Shown: positions 28,476 through 38,147, numbered from the stretch's first letter. The stretch: 52,119 bases of DNA from Kiritimatiellia bacterium (GCA_045600365.1 JAZRXT010000103.1:1-52119), one strand, 5' to 3'. The notes: a model not told the origin generated them from the sequence alone. Made by a program: numbers and translations.

Positions 28476-29567
28476 ATGAAGATCAAGATCACGAGGTCGA
28501 ATTTTCTCGATGGCCTCAAGAAGGTTCAGAATGTAATTGGTGCCAAGGGTTCGCTCCAGATTATTCAGAATGTTCTGATGGAGGCTAGTGACAACAAGCT
28601 TCAGCTGACTACGACGGATCTCGATATTTCGATTCGCTCCACTGTTCCATGCGAGGTCGAGAAGGAGGGCGCGACTACTCTTCCGGTGAAGCTCCTTGTC
28701 GGAATGATTTCCAGGGCTGCCGAGGGTGTAATCGAGATTGACGTCGATGAAGCCGATCGTGCTTCGATTTCCGCCGCCTCGGCTACTTTCAACATCACTG
28801 GCATGAATGTCATCGACTATCCTCGCCTACCTGAGGATAGTAACTCATTCGAATACGTGATCGACCAGGAAAACCTCCGCGACATGTTCAGGAAGACGGC
28901 CTATGCCGCTAGCCAGGATGAGACCCGCAAGACGCTCAAGGGCGTGCTGATGAGTTTCCGCGACGGCAAGCTCACCATGGTGGCCACCGATGGTCGTCGT
29001 CTTGCCATGATCGAGAACGAAGTTGAGTTCCCTGAAAACGCCTCAAAGGACATTGTGCTTCCGGTAAAGGTCGTGGCCGAACTTCAGCGTGCGCTTGGAA
29101 CCAATGGCAGCGTGCGGATATCGGTGGAGAATTCCCAGATATCCTTCAACCTTGGCGACACCAGAATCTATTCTAAGGTGCTTGATGATGTCTATCCCAA
29201 CTATCGCCAGGTGATACCGGCTGAATGCGCCGAGAGCGTGAAGGTCGACCGTCAGCTTCTGCTTTCGGCCATTGACCGCGTGAGCGTGATGTCGTTTGGC
29301 GAATCCAATTCCATCACCCTTTCTTTCTTGTCGAACGAGCTCATTGTCAAATCTTCGCCCGACTCCGGCAACAAGGGACGCGATTCGGTTCCGATCAAGT
29401 ATGAAGGCCCATCGATCGACATCGCGTTCAACCCCGACTTCCTGATGGATCCGCTCAAGGCGATCGACGATGACGAGGTGTCCATTAATTTCAACAATAA
29501 TGGATCACCCGCCATGATGAAGTGTTCCAAGCCCTTCCTGTATGTGATGATGCCGCTTCGCACCTAG
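28476..29567 (+). CDS. dnaN: DNA polymerase III beta clamp
   Basis: TTDLDISI, VATDGRRLA, YPNYRQVIP, IAFNPDFL, YVMMPLR; SD aaggag. Confidence 0.97.
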   Translation: MKIKITRSNFLDGLKKVQNVIGAKGSLQIIQNVLMEASDNKLQLTTTDLDISIRSTVPCEVEKEGATTLPVKLLVGMISRAAEGVIEIDVDEADRASISAASATFNITGMNVIDYPRLPEDSNSFEYVIDQENLRDMFRKTAYAASQDETRKTLKGVLMSFRDGKLTMVATDGRRLAMIENEVEFPENASKDIVLPVKVVAELQRALGTNGSVRISVENSQISFNLGDTRIYSKVLDDVYPNYRQVIPAECAESVKVDRQLLLSAIDRVSVMSFGESNSITLSFLSNELIVKSSPDSGNKGRDSVPIKYEGPSIDIAFNPDFLMDPLKAIDDDEVSINFNNNGSPAMMKCSKPFLYVMMPLRT

Positions 29568-29606
29568 GCATAGTAGTCTTTCTTCCTCTACATAGACGGT
29601 GGTGTC

Positions 29607-30884
29607 ATGAACATCTGGACGGATAGAAAATATCCGATAATACTTTCTTGCGCAAAATGCCTTTCTCCGTGGGTTGAGGGCGAAGTGGAGGAACTTGGTT
29701 ACAGGCCACTCGAGGTCACTGAAAACGTGGTGGTGGTGGAGGGTTCATTACGCGACGTCTTCAAGCTCAATCTTCGTCTGCGTTGCGCCCACCGCGTGCT
29801 GGTTCCGCTGCTAAGGGCTACCTGTCGCCATGTTAGGGAACTTTACCAGCATGTCTGGTCCATCGACTGGGAAAACATACTCGAACCGGATGGCTATTTC
29901 AGCATCTCGTCGATTGTCCATAATGACACCGTCCGCGACACTCGTCTGCCCTCGCTGGTGGCGAAGGACGCGATAGCCGACAGGATGCGCTCCAAGTGCG
30001 GAAGACGCCCGGATTCTGGCCCGGACTATGATCGTGGCGCGGCGATTTTCATTCATTGGGACAAGGACTGCGTCATCATCTACATCGACACCAGCGGCTC
30101 GCCCCTCTCCAAACGCGGTTACCGAATGATACCAGGATCCGCTCCTATGCAGGAAACCCTGGCCGCAGCCTGCATCGACGCCATGGGATGGAATCGCTGC
30201 ACGCCGTTCATCTCCCCAATGTGTGGAAGCGGAACGCCGGCCATTGAAGCCGCCCTGGCGGCAATTGGCAGGGCTCCTGGGTCACTGCGCTCGCATTTCG
30301 CATTCATGTCGCTCAAGGGCTATCATCTTATCATCGATGGCGAGAAGGCACCGAGATCGGCGCCTCGCCAGCGCTTCGGCGCCTCGCCCGAGCAGATATG
30401 GAAGGATATGGTGCTGGAGGCCGCCGAAGGCGAAAGAACCGATTCGGTGCCGCCGATTGTGGCTACCGACATCTCGCCCGAAGCCATTGAAAATGCCAGA
30501 ATAAACGCCCATGGTGCAGGAGTGAGCGAATACATAACCTTTCAGGCGTGCGACTTCGGCGATACGCCGATTCCACGGCTGGAGGGAAACAAGGCAAAGT
30601 ACGAGGGATGCGTATTTTTCAATCCAGAATACGGTATCCGATTGGGAGATCCTGTCGAGCTGGTTCCAATCTACGAACGCATCGGCACTTTTATGAATGA
30701 AAAGTGCCGCGGCTTCATGGGTGGCCTCATTACCGGTAATCCTGAACTTTCCAAAATGGTCAATCTTTTCTACCAGACGAGGATTCCATTCTATAACGGT
30801 CCTATCGACTGTAGATTGTTCATTTATCCTGGTTGCGAGCTCAAGGGTGCACATGCTCCAGCACAGGAAATGCCGCCGCGCTAA
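29607..30884 (+). CDS. THUMP-domain RNA methyltransferase (RlmL/YpsC-like)
   Basis: NLRLRCAHRVL, DTSGSPLSKRGYR, APMQETLAAA, PMCGSGT, NPEYGIRL. Confidence 0.87.
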   Translation: MNIWTDRKYPIILSCAKCLSPWVEGEVEELGYRPLEVTENVVVVEGSLRDVFKLNLRLRCAHRVLVPLLRATCRHVRELYQHVWSIDWENILEPDGYFSISSIVHNDTVRDTRLPSLVAKDAIADRMRSKCGRRPDSGPDYDRGAAIFIHWDKDCVIIYIDTSGSPLSKRGYRMIPGSAPMQETLAAACIDAMGWNRCTPFISPMCGSGTPAIEAALAAIGRAPGSLRSHFAFMSLKGYHLIIDGEKAPRSAPRQRFGASPEQIWKDMVLEAAEGERTDSVPPIVATDISPEAIENARINAHGAGVSEYITFQACDFGDTPIPRLEGNKAKYEGCVFFNPEYGIRLGDPVELVPIYERIGTFMNEKCRGFMGGLITGNPELSKMVNLFYQTRIPFYNGPIDCRLFIYPGCELKGAHAPAQEMPPR

Positions 30885-30903
30885 GATTGTTTCTACGTTG
30901 ATA

Positions 30904-31008
30904 TTATCAACAGCTTATCATAACATTGTTTATAAAATACTTATCTACAACCTTATTATCAACTGTTTATAACTGACTGTTGATAAACCTGTTGATAACT
31001 GTTGATAA
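30904..31008. promoter_or_regulatory. dense DnaA-box cluster 4 (about 9 boxes or near-boxes)
   Basis: ttatcaaca 30904, ttatcataa 30915, tgtttataa 30927, ttatctaca 30941, ttatcaact 30956, tgtttataa 30964, tgttgataa 30978, 30990 and 31000. Confidence 0.8.
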
Positions 31009-31072
31009 CTTAGTCTTGAAGAGTGGCTTGAAATATGGGATAATATGTGCCGCCAACACGGCAGAAACATAA

Positions 31073-31624
31073 ATGCTTAATCTACCTCAGGAAATCTGTG
31101 CCAAATTCAAAGCGGCACGTCAGGCGAAAGGACTGAATCAATCGGCCCTTGCGCAGATTGTTGGTTGTAGGCAAAGCGCCATATCGATGTTTGAGGGAGG
31201 TTTGACCACCAAGATTTCGGAAGATACCGTAAAAAAACTTTCCGAGTTTCTCGAGGTGCCTCTAGAGGTGGAGAAAAAAGGGCTGAGTTCCGTAGATGTT
31301 TCTTCCCCCATGGTCATTAACCTGGCGGTTCGTGGTTTCTGTCCTGACTGCAATTGTCTTTCCAATGTTCCTTACATAATAGGCAGTCGTGTGTTTTTCC
31401 GTCCGGCGCGACATGTGTCATCGCCAAATTGTGGCAAATATTGCACAGTATGTGGCGAATTATTGGAATTAAGGTGCCCAACCTGCGGTGCTCCGCTGAA
31501 CGATGGTGCTTGCTGCGCCGCATGTGGATCGTCCTATGTTACCCCGGTTCTTCCCAGTGGAATCAATCTAGAAGAGTATGTACTGAATCGTCGCCGTGAC
31601 ATTGAGGCGATGAGAATATTGTAG
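31073..31624 (+). CDS. XRE-family helix-turn-helix protein with C-terminal zinc-ribbon (double zinc ribbon-like) domain
   Basis: ARQAKGLNQSALAQIVGCRQSAISMFEGG; CPDC, CTVC, CPTC, CAAC. Promoter TTGAAG (31016)-17 bp-GATAAT (31039). Confidence 0.82.
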   Translation: MLNLPQEICAKFKAARQAKGLNQSALAQIVGCRQSAISMFEGGLTTKISEDTVKKLSEFLEVPLEVEKKGLSSVDVSSPMVINLAVRGFCPDCNCLSNVPYIIGSRVFFRPARHVSSPNCGKYCTVCGELLELRCPTCGAPLNDGACCAACGSSYVTPVLPSGINLEEYVLNRRRDIEAMRIL

Positions 31625-31754
31625 AATCTTAAAAAATATTTAGAAAAAGTTGTCAGCGAGGATAGAAGGCGCATATCATATGGTGGATGCGGAAATGAAA
31701 GCCCGCTCCGGAAGCTTCTTCTTCCTTAACCTTGCGCGAAAGCCGAACCGATTC

Positions 31755-32255
31755 CTAGCGGTTCGGCTTCGTGGTTTTTATAAACTCCCGTATCCACCCA
31801 AGCTCGCGTCTGCGCATACGCAGATAGCCAGGCTCGTCGTGGTCGTCTGCGCCGGTGAGATGATCCATTCCATGCGCAATGTAGAGCATGAGTTCGCTGG
31901 CCACATTCCAGCCCCGTCTTGCCGGCGCGGCCTCGATGGCTCTATCCACGTTCACGATTAGTTCGCCAAGAAGGCCTGGTTTTTCGGGTGGGATGGCGTC
32001 ATAGGCCTGGGTGATGACATCGGTGGCCCCCTTGATTCCCATTATGGACTGATGTGCCATGTCGGAGCCAGCGTTGTCCACGAGCAGGACCGTCACCTCG
32101 TGCCATTTCCACCTGCCGCCGAGTTCCCGTTCCGCCCTGGCGTGTGAGCGTTCGGCGAAGAAGCTTGCCGCCGCCTTCAGTTCTCTGCGGCTCGTGTTAG
32201 TTGACGCCGGCAGTGCACCGACGATGTGAATGCGTATACTTTCCTTCATCTGCAT
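31755..32255 (-). CDS. ybeY: rRNA maturation endoribonuclease YbeY
   Basis: ATDVIT, LGELIV, HGMDHLTGADDH, MRRRE. Confidence 0.82.
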   Translation of the reverse strand: MQMKESIRIHIVGALPASTNTSRRELKAAASFFAERSHARAERELGGRWKWHEVTVLLVDNAGSDMAHQSIMGIKGATDVITQAYDAIPPEKPGLLGELIVNVDRAIEAAPARRGWNVASELMLYIAHGMDHLTGADDHDEPGYLRMRRRELGWIREFIKTTKPNR

Positions 32256-33574
32256 TGGATGTTGGCGGCGATGGGCAGCGACAGCGTGAAGCGCGCCCCG
32301 CCCTCGGGCGGTGTTTCGAGTTTTATCTCCCCGTCATGGAGAAGGGCTGTGTGTTTTACAATGGCAAGGCCAAGCCCGGTGCCCTTGACGGTGCGTGACC
32401 TGTCCACTCGGTGGAAACGTTCGAAGACGCGTTCCTGCTCTGCCTCGGGTATGCCCACCCCGTGATCCTCCACCACGATGCTGGCCGTGGCATCATGCTG
32501 CATGAGCGTCAGCTTCACGCTGGGCGCTCCTGAGTGGCGGATTGCGTTGGACAGCAGATTGACTATGGCTCGCTCTATCAGCTGCGCGTTGCAGGCACAC
32601 ACGATCTTGTCACGTCCTTCAAACTCGATCGCCATTCCTGCCTCCGCGGCCGCGGCGCGGCAGGCGTCGATGGCCGAGGTAGCGATTTCCGCCAGATTCG
32701 CCTGGATAAACTTGCGGCGTAGTTCCTCGGTTCCGTGTTCGAGGCGGGCTAGCGCCAGGATGTCGTGGGCGAGCGAATCGAGGCGCCCGCATTCCCGGCG
32801 CAGCATCGCCGTCAGTTCGCCGCGTTCCTTCACGTCTACGGTCTCGTCCTCTAGCATCTCCACGGTTCCGAGAATTCCCGTGAGCGGGGTCTTTATCTCG
32901 TGCGATACATCCGCCACGAAGTCGCGCCGGAAATCGGCCTCCCGTCTCATTTCCTCCAGCATCGCCTGCTGGCGGTCGCGCTCCCGCGCAAGTTCGCGGT
33001 TGCGTGCGGCCAGACGCCCGGTGAAGAGTAGTATCATCAGGATTCCGCTTGCACCGGTGAGGGCGGCGAGGATCATGGCCGGCCGCGTCTTCTCCAGCGG
33101 GGCGGCCACCATTTCGTATGGCAGCGCCAGGCGCACCACTTCGCCGTTGGCGAGACGTCTGGCGCAGTAGAGCGTGCGCTTGCCCGTGGTGGCCGAAATG
33201 CGGATGCTCGCCCCGGCGCCATCCCTGCGCGCGCAGTCGACTTCGGGGCGCGAGCTGTGGTTGCCGAAGGCGGCTGCGGTGTCGCAGATGACGCCGCCGC
33301 GCGCGCTGATGGCGGTGAGGCGCAGACCGGGCGAGAGGCGTTCGGCGGCGAAGGACCGCACGCGCTCGAAGTCGCCCGCCGCAATGGGCTCGGCCAGTGC
33401 GTCCGCCGCCAGCTCGGTGCGTCCCGCAAGATCGCGTTCCGCCCATTTCTCGACGCTTACGCGGTAGGCGCTGCTTTCGTGCACTAGCAGCACCGCGAAG
33501 GACGCAAGGCCAGTCGCGGCCAGTGCGCAGGGCAGGAAGGATATCAGGTTCAGCATTTTCACGGTTCTATGCAT
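32246..33574 (-). CDS. PhoR-like sensor histidine kinase
   Basis: Two TM segments, NHSSRPEV, FVADVSHEIKTPLT, NLLSNAIRH, DHGVGI, FERFHRVD, GTGLGLAIVKH. Confidence 0.9.
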   Translation of the reverse strand: MHRTVKMLNLISFLPCALAATGLASFAVLLVHESSAYRVSVEKWAERDLAGRTELAADALAEPIAAGDFERVRSFAAERLSPGLRLTAISARGGVICDTAAAFGNHSSRPEVDCARRDGAGASIRISATTGKRTLYCARRLANGEVVRLALPYEMVAAPLEKTRPAMILAALTGASGILMILLFTGRLAARNRELARERDRQQAMLEEMRREADFRRDFVADVSHEIKTPLTGILGTVEMLEDETVDVKERGELTAMLRRECGRLDSLAHDILALARLEHGTEELRRKFIQANLAEIATSAIDACRAAAAEAGMAIEFEGRDKIVCACNAQLIERAIVNLLSNAIRHSGAPSVKLTLMQHDATASIVVEDHGVGIPEAEQERVFERFHRVDRSRTVKGTGLGLAIVKHTALLHDGEIKLETPPEGGARFTLSLPIAANIQCR

Positions 33575-34250
33575 TTACCCGGTAGCCGACGCCGCGGACG
33601 GTCTCGATGCGCTCCGCCCAGGCGCCGAGTTTTCTTCTGAGTCCCACCATCTGCACGTCGACCGTGCGTTCGGTGGAATCGCTGCCGTCGCCCTGGACCG
33701 CGTCGAGGATGCGCTGGCGGGTGTACACGCGCCCGGGATGCGAGGCCAGCAGGCGCAGGATCATGAACTCGCCGCGGGTGAGGGTGATGTTTCTGCCGTC
33801 GAGGCGCGCGACGAGTGCATCGGCGTCGATGGCGAGCCCGGCCACTTCGAGCCCGGGCGCGAGGGCGTCGCCGCGGCGCAGCAGGGCGCGCACGCGGGCA
33901 AGCAGCACACTGCGGGAGAAGGGCTTGGTCACATAGTCGTCGGCGCCGATCTCCAGTCCGCGCACGATGTCTTCGTCCGAACTCTTCGCGGTGAGCATCA
34001 GTATCTTCGTCGTGGCGAGTTCGGCTTCTTCGCGGATGCGGCGGCAGATGGCGAGGCCGTCCATTCCCGGCAGCATGAGATCGAGCAGCACCAGGTCGGG
34101 CCTTGTCCTGCGTACGGTCTCGAGCCCGCTGTCGCCGCGTGATTCACATAGCACGTTGGCGAAGCCGGCTCTATCCAGCATCATCTTCAGCACGTTGCGG
34201 ATGGTGTCGTCGTCTTCGATCACCACTATGCGCGCAATTTCCTCGGCCAT
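33567..34250 (-). CDS. OmpR/PhoB-family response regulator
   Basis: IEDD, LLDLMLPGMDG, MLTAK, GADDYVTKPFS, RTVDVQM, IETVRGVGY. Confidence 0.93.
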   Translation of the reverse strand: MAEEIARIVVIEDDDTIRNVLKMMLDRAGFANVLCESRGDSGLETVRRTRPDLVLLDLMLPGMDGLAICRRIREEAELATTKILMLTAKSSDEDIVRGLEIGADDYVTKPFSRSVLLARVRALLRRGDALAPGLEVAGLAIDADALVARLDGRNITLTRGEFMILRLLASHPGRVYTRQRILDAVQGDGSDSTERTVDVQMVGLRRKLGAWAERIETVRGVGYRVNA

Positions 34251-34262
34251 GGCTTGCGGTAT

Positions 34263-35252
34263 TCAGAATTCTATGGTGGCGGCGATGGGGAAGTGGTCGG
34301 AAGGGTAGAGCTTCGTCCCGTTTCTGGCGTCGCCGTAGGTGCGGTAGTCGCGCGTCTTGATGCCGCGCGAGACGTAGATGTAGTCGATGCGCGGCCCTCC
34401 GCAGCGCTTGTAGAATTCAAGTCCGTCGGCATCCTGCCTGCCGTCGTCCGGCGAGCCCTTGCGCAGATTTCTTTCAGAGGGGGCGAGCTTCAGCGCCTCG
34501 GCGGTGGGCACCTCCTGCTCGCGCCATTTCCATCCGTTCCAGGTGCGCCAGGGACCCTGGGGGGGAGTGAGTGTGGTGAAAAGGGCGTTGTCGAGCAGGG
34601 CTGCTGCGGCTCGGGCGGGCTCCTCGGTTTCGTTGCAGTTGTGGTCGCCGGTGAAGACTATCGGGTCGCCGGCGCCGAACTCCTTCATGCGCTCGATTAT
34701 CAGCAGCATTCCGTTCTTGCGCGCGAGGGCCGAGACGTGGTCCGTGTGGGTGTTGGCGAAGCAGAAGGTGCGTCCGGTACCGCGGTCGCGCAGACGGGCC
34801 CACGAGCAAACGCGGGGACAGGCAGCCCCCCAGCCGCGGCGTCCCGGGACCTCTGGCGTTTCCGAAAGCCAGAAGGTGCCGTTGGTGACGGCCTCGAGGC
34901 GGTCCTTGCGGAAGAAGACCGGCGATGCCTCGCCGCTCTTGCGGTCGGCCTCGCGGTGCTCGCCCACATAGGCGTATTCGGGGAGTCGTTCGCGAAGGAA
35001 TTCGGCCTGGCCGGGGCAGACCTCCTGGAGCCCGAAGGCGTCGAGGTCCATCTCGCGGATGAGCTTGACCATGTCCTCCTTGCGTTCGTCCCAGGCGTTT
35101 GGCGTGCCCTTGTCACCGGGCTGGAGACGGATGTTGTAGGTACCAACGCGGATGGACGTGGTGGAGGATGGCGTCGACGCGCACCCAACGAGGAGGGCGG
35201 CGGCGGCGAGGGCGGCGAGGAAGGAGCCGCGGCGGAGCAGGTTCGTGTTCAT
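34263..35252 (-). CDS. endonuclease/exonuclease/phosphatase (EEP) family lipoprotein
   Basis: Lipobox LVGC; TYNIR, GLQEV, NTHTDH, TGDHN, RIDYIY, PSDHFPI. Confidence 0.88.
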   Translation of the reverse strand: MNTNLLRRGSFLAALAAAALLVGCASTPSSTTSIRVGTYNIRLQPGDKGTPNAWDERKEDMVKLIREMDLDAFGLQEVCPGQAEFLRERLPEYAYVGEHREADRKSGEASPVFFRKDRLEAVTNGTFWLSETPEVPGRRGWGAACPRVCSWARLRDRGTGRTFCFANTHTDHVSALARKNGMLLIIERMKEFGAGDPIVFTGDHNCNETEEPARAAAALLDNALFTTLTPPQGPWRTWNGWKWREQEVPTAEALKLAPSERNLRKGSPDDGRQDADGLEFYKRCGGPRIDYIYVSRGIKTRDYRTYGDARNGTKLYPSDHFPIAATIEF

Positions 35253-35295
35253 GGTGTATGTCTGTTGGGTTGGCATTTAGAAATGGAGGTGGCGG

Positions 35296-36582
35296 CTAGC
35301 GTGCTTTCTTGTAGCCATCGGCGCTGGCGTTCCAGACGAGGAGGAAGAGCACCATTCCCACCAGGGCGAAGGCGGCGATGGTGCCGAGCGCCACGCCCCA
35401 TCCGTAGTGTTCCTTGATCACGGCGATGCCGTAGCCCGACACCGCAGTCGAGAGATAGCCCATTATGCCGGTGAATCCGTTTGCCATCGCCGCCGCCTCG
35501 TTGGTGGCCTGGTTGGCGGCGACGATGCCGATGAGGGCCTGCGGACCGTAGATGCAGAATCCCGCCCCCATCAGCAGCAGCGTCGACTGCCAGATCGGCG
35601 CGCCGTTGGGCAGATACCAGAAGCCGAACGAGAAGAGCGCCGCGAACAGCATGCAGAAGACGCACGTGCGCACGCCGCGTCCCTTGAACGCCCGGTCGGT
35701 GATCCAGCCGGCGAAGACCGTGCCCACCACCGCGGCGAGTTCGAAGGCGATGGTCATGAGCCCGCCCTTTGTTATAGGTATGCCCTTGTAGTCGCGCAGG
35801 AAGGTTGGACCCCAGTCGAGGAATCCGAACCTGACCACGTAGACGAAGAAGTTGGCGATCGCTATGGCCCAGATCACGGGATTGCCGTAGACGAGGCGTA
35901 GGCGGTCGCGCGTGGTGACCATTGGCTTCTCGCTGGCGGCAGACGGCTTCGCCGCGCCCAGCTCGAGCTCCGGCACGCCGGCCTCGGTGGGCGAATCCTT
36001 CACGCAGAAGAAGCAGAACACCGCCGCGAGCCCCGCGAGCGCGGCCGGCACGTAGAAGCACCAGCGCCACCCGAATCCCAGGGCGAAGAGAAGCGAGCAG
36101 AGCCCGAGCGCCATCACCGCGCCGAAGCTGTGGCTGGTGTTCCAGATGGACATCTTGGAGGCGAGCTCCTTCGGATGGATCCAATGCGTCAGCATCTTCG
36201 CGCACGCGGGAAAGCCCATTCCCTGAGTCCAGGCGTTAACGATCCAGAAGACGCCGAAAAGCACCGCGAGCGACGTGCAGCCGAAGAAGAAGTTCATCGC
36301 CGCCGAGAGCGCAAGGCCTATCGCCATGAAGATGCGTCCGTTCAGACGGTCCGCCCAGAATCCATTCACGAAGCGGCTCGCGCCATAGAGGATGCCGTGC
36401 ACCGAGAGGATGAGCCCGAGCTGCTTGACGGTTATCACTCCCTCGTCCAGCATCAGCGGCTGCGCCATCGAGAGGTTCTTGCGCGTGAGATAGAAGAACA
36501 TGTAGGCGATCATCGAGGAGATGATGAAACGCCACTGGGCGCGGATAAATGACCTGGACGGGGTTTCGTTGTTCTGCTTCAT
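35296..36582 (-). CDS. MFS organophosphate:Pi antiporter (GlpT/UhpC family)
   Basis: YMFFYLTRKN, QGMGFP, WNTSHSFG, NFFVYVVRFGFLDWGP, IYGPQALIG. Confidence 0.9.
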   Translation of the reverse strand: MKQNNETPSRSFIRAQWRFIISSMIAYMFFYLTRKNLSMAQPLMLDEGVITVKQLGLILSVHGILYGASRFVNGFWADRLNGRIFMAIGLALSAAMNFFFGCTSLAVLFGVFWIVNAWTQGMGFPACAKMLTHWIHPKELASKMSIWNTSHSFGAVMALGLCSLLFALGFGWRWCFYVPAALAGLAAVFCFFCVKDSPTEAGVPELELGAAKPSAASEKPMVTTRDRLRLVYGNPVIWAIAIANFFVYVVRFGFLDWGPTFLRDYKGIPITKGGLMTIAFELAAVVGTVFAGWITDRAFKGRGVRTCVFCMLFAALFSFGFWYLPNGAPIWQSTLLLMGAGFCIYGPQALIGIVAANQATNEAAAMANGFTGIMGYLSTAVSGYGIAVIKEHYGWGVALGTIAAFALVGMVLFLLVWNASADGYKKAR

Positions 36583-36658
36583 AGAGTGACATTATACCAA
36601 AAAAAGTGTGTTTTTGGAAGGTGGAAAAGCCGTCATAGCATTTTTTTTAATTTAAATG

Positions 36659-36687
36659 TTGATTTTTCCCGAGAATTTCGGTATACT
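36659..36687 (+). promoter_or_regulatory. sigma70 promoter of the tRNA-Thr/tuf operon
   Basis: TTGATT, 17 bp spacer, TATACT, with T/A-rich upstream element. Confidence 0.75.
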
Positions 36688-36711
36688 ATTCGGGCTTGTC
36701 CAAAATAGTTT

Positions 36712-36787
36712 GCCACTTTAGCTCAGTAGGTAGAGCACATCCTTGGTAAGGATGAGGTCGGCGGTTCGATTCCGCTAGGTGGCTCCA
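36712..36787 (+). tRNA. tRNA-Thr(GGT)
   Basis: Acceptor stem GCCACTT/AGGTGGC, anticodon arm CATCC-TTGGTAA-GGATG, GGTTCGATTCC T-arm, encoded CCA. Confidence 0.97.
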
Positions 36788-36833
36788 TTTATTGCGGATG
36801 GCAGTAAAGAAACAACTCACAGGAGACCATAAA

Positions 36834-38045
36834 ATGGCAAAAGAAACATTCGATCGCGGCGGCAAGCCGCACGTGAACGTCGGCACGATTGGCCACGTCG
36901 ACCACGGCAAGACCACACTTACGGCCGCCATCACGCACGTCCAGTCCCTCAAGGGTCTCTGCGACGAAATCAAGTACGACCAGGTCGCCAAGGCCTCCGA
37001 GAGCGCTGGTCGCCGTGATGCCACCAAGATTCTTACGATCGCGTCGTCCCACGTCGAGTACGCGACCGCCAACCGCCACTATGCGCACGTTGACTGCCCC
37101 GGCCATGCTGACTATGTGAAGAACATGATCACCGGCGCCGCGCAGATGGATGGTGCGATCCTCGTCGTCTCCGCCGTCGATGGCGCCATGCCGCAGACGA
37201 AGGAGCACGTGCTGCTCGCCCGTCAGGTCGGCGTGCCGAAGATCGTCGTCTTCCTCAACAAGTGCGACCTCGTCGAGGACGCCGAGATGCTCGACCTCGT
37301 CGAGATGGAAGCCCGCGAGCTCCTTTCCAAGTACGAGTATGATGGCGACAATGCGCCCGTGATCCGCGGCGCCGCCTATCCCGCCACCCAGGCCGCTGCG
37401 GCCGAGGACGATGCCTGCAAGTGCATCGGCGAGCTGATGGACGCTCTTGACACCTACATCCCCGAGCCCCAGCGCGAGCTCGACAAGCCCTTCCTGATGC
37501 CTATCGAGGACATCTTCTCGATCGAAGGCCGTGGCACGGTGGTCACCGGCCGCGTCGAGCGTGGCATCATCAAGGTCGGTGACGAAGTCGAGATCGTCGG
37601 TCTCAAGCCGACGGCCAAGACCGCCGTCACCGGCGTCGAGGTGTTCCGCAAGCTCCTCGACCAGGGTCAGGCCGGCGACAACATCGGCACCCTCCTCCGT
37701 GGTACGAAGAAGGAAGAGGTCGAGCGCGGTCAGGTGCTCGCCAAGCCGGGTACGATCACCCCGCACACCGAGTTCAACGGCCAGGTCTACGTCCTCACGA
37801 AGGACGAGGGCGGCCGCCACACTGCCTTCATGAAGGGCTATCGTCCTCAGTTCTACATCCGCACCACCGACGTGACGGGCGACATCGGTCTGCCCGAGGG
37901 CGTCGAAATGGTGATGCCGGGCGACAACGTCTCCATCGACGTCAAGCTCATCGCCCCTGTGGCGCTGGAAGAGAAGATGCGCTTCGCCATCCGTGAAGGC
38001 GGCCGCACGGTCGGCGCCGGCACGATCTCGAAGATCATCAAGTAA
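36834..38045 (+). CDS. tuf: elongation factor Tu
   Basis: [45 protein letters not shown]; SD aggag. Confidence 0.99.
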   Translation: MAKETFDRGGKPHVNVGTIGHVDHGKTTLTAAITHVQSLKGLCDEIKYDQVAKASESAGRRDATKILTIASSHVEYATANRHYAHVDCPGHADYVKNMITGAAQMDGAILVVSAVDGAMPQTKEHVLLARQVGVPKIVVFLNKCDLVEDAEMLDLVEMEARELLSKYEYDGDNAPVIRGAAYPATQAAAAEDDACKCIGELMDALDTYIPEPQRELDKPFLMPIEDIFSIEGRGTVVTGRVERGIIKVGDEVEIVGLKPTAKTAVTGVEVFRKLLDQGQAGDNIGTLLRGTKKEEVERGQVLAKPGTITPHTEFNGQVYVLTKDEGGRHTAFMKGYRPQFYIRTTDVTGDIGLPEGVEMVMPGDNVSIDVKLIAPVALEEKMRFAIREGGRTVGAGTISKIIK

Positions 38046-38057
38046 CGCAATGCGTCT

Positions 38058-38126
38058 TCTGTGAGATGCCCGTCTCCGTGCCGGCCGAGTGGTCGACCGG
38101 TGCGGAGGCAGGGCTGATTTCACGGA
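38058..38126 (+). other. long imperfect RNA hairpin between tuf and rpmG
   Basis: About 30 bp stem with five G-U pairs, one mismatch, two bulges and a GUGG loop. Confidence 0.6.
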
Positions 38127-38147
38127 TTGACGGAAGGAAGATTTGTT

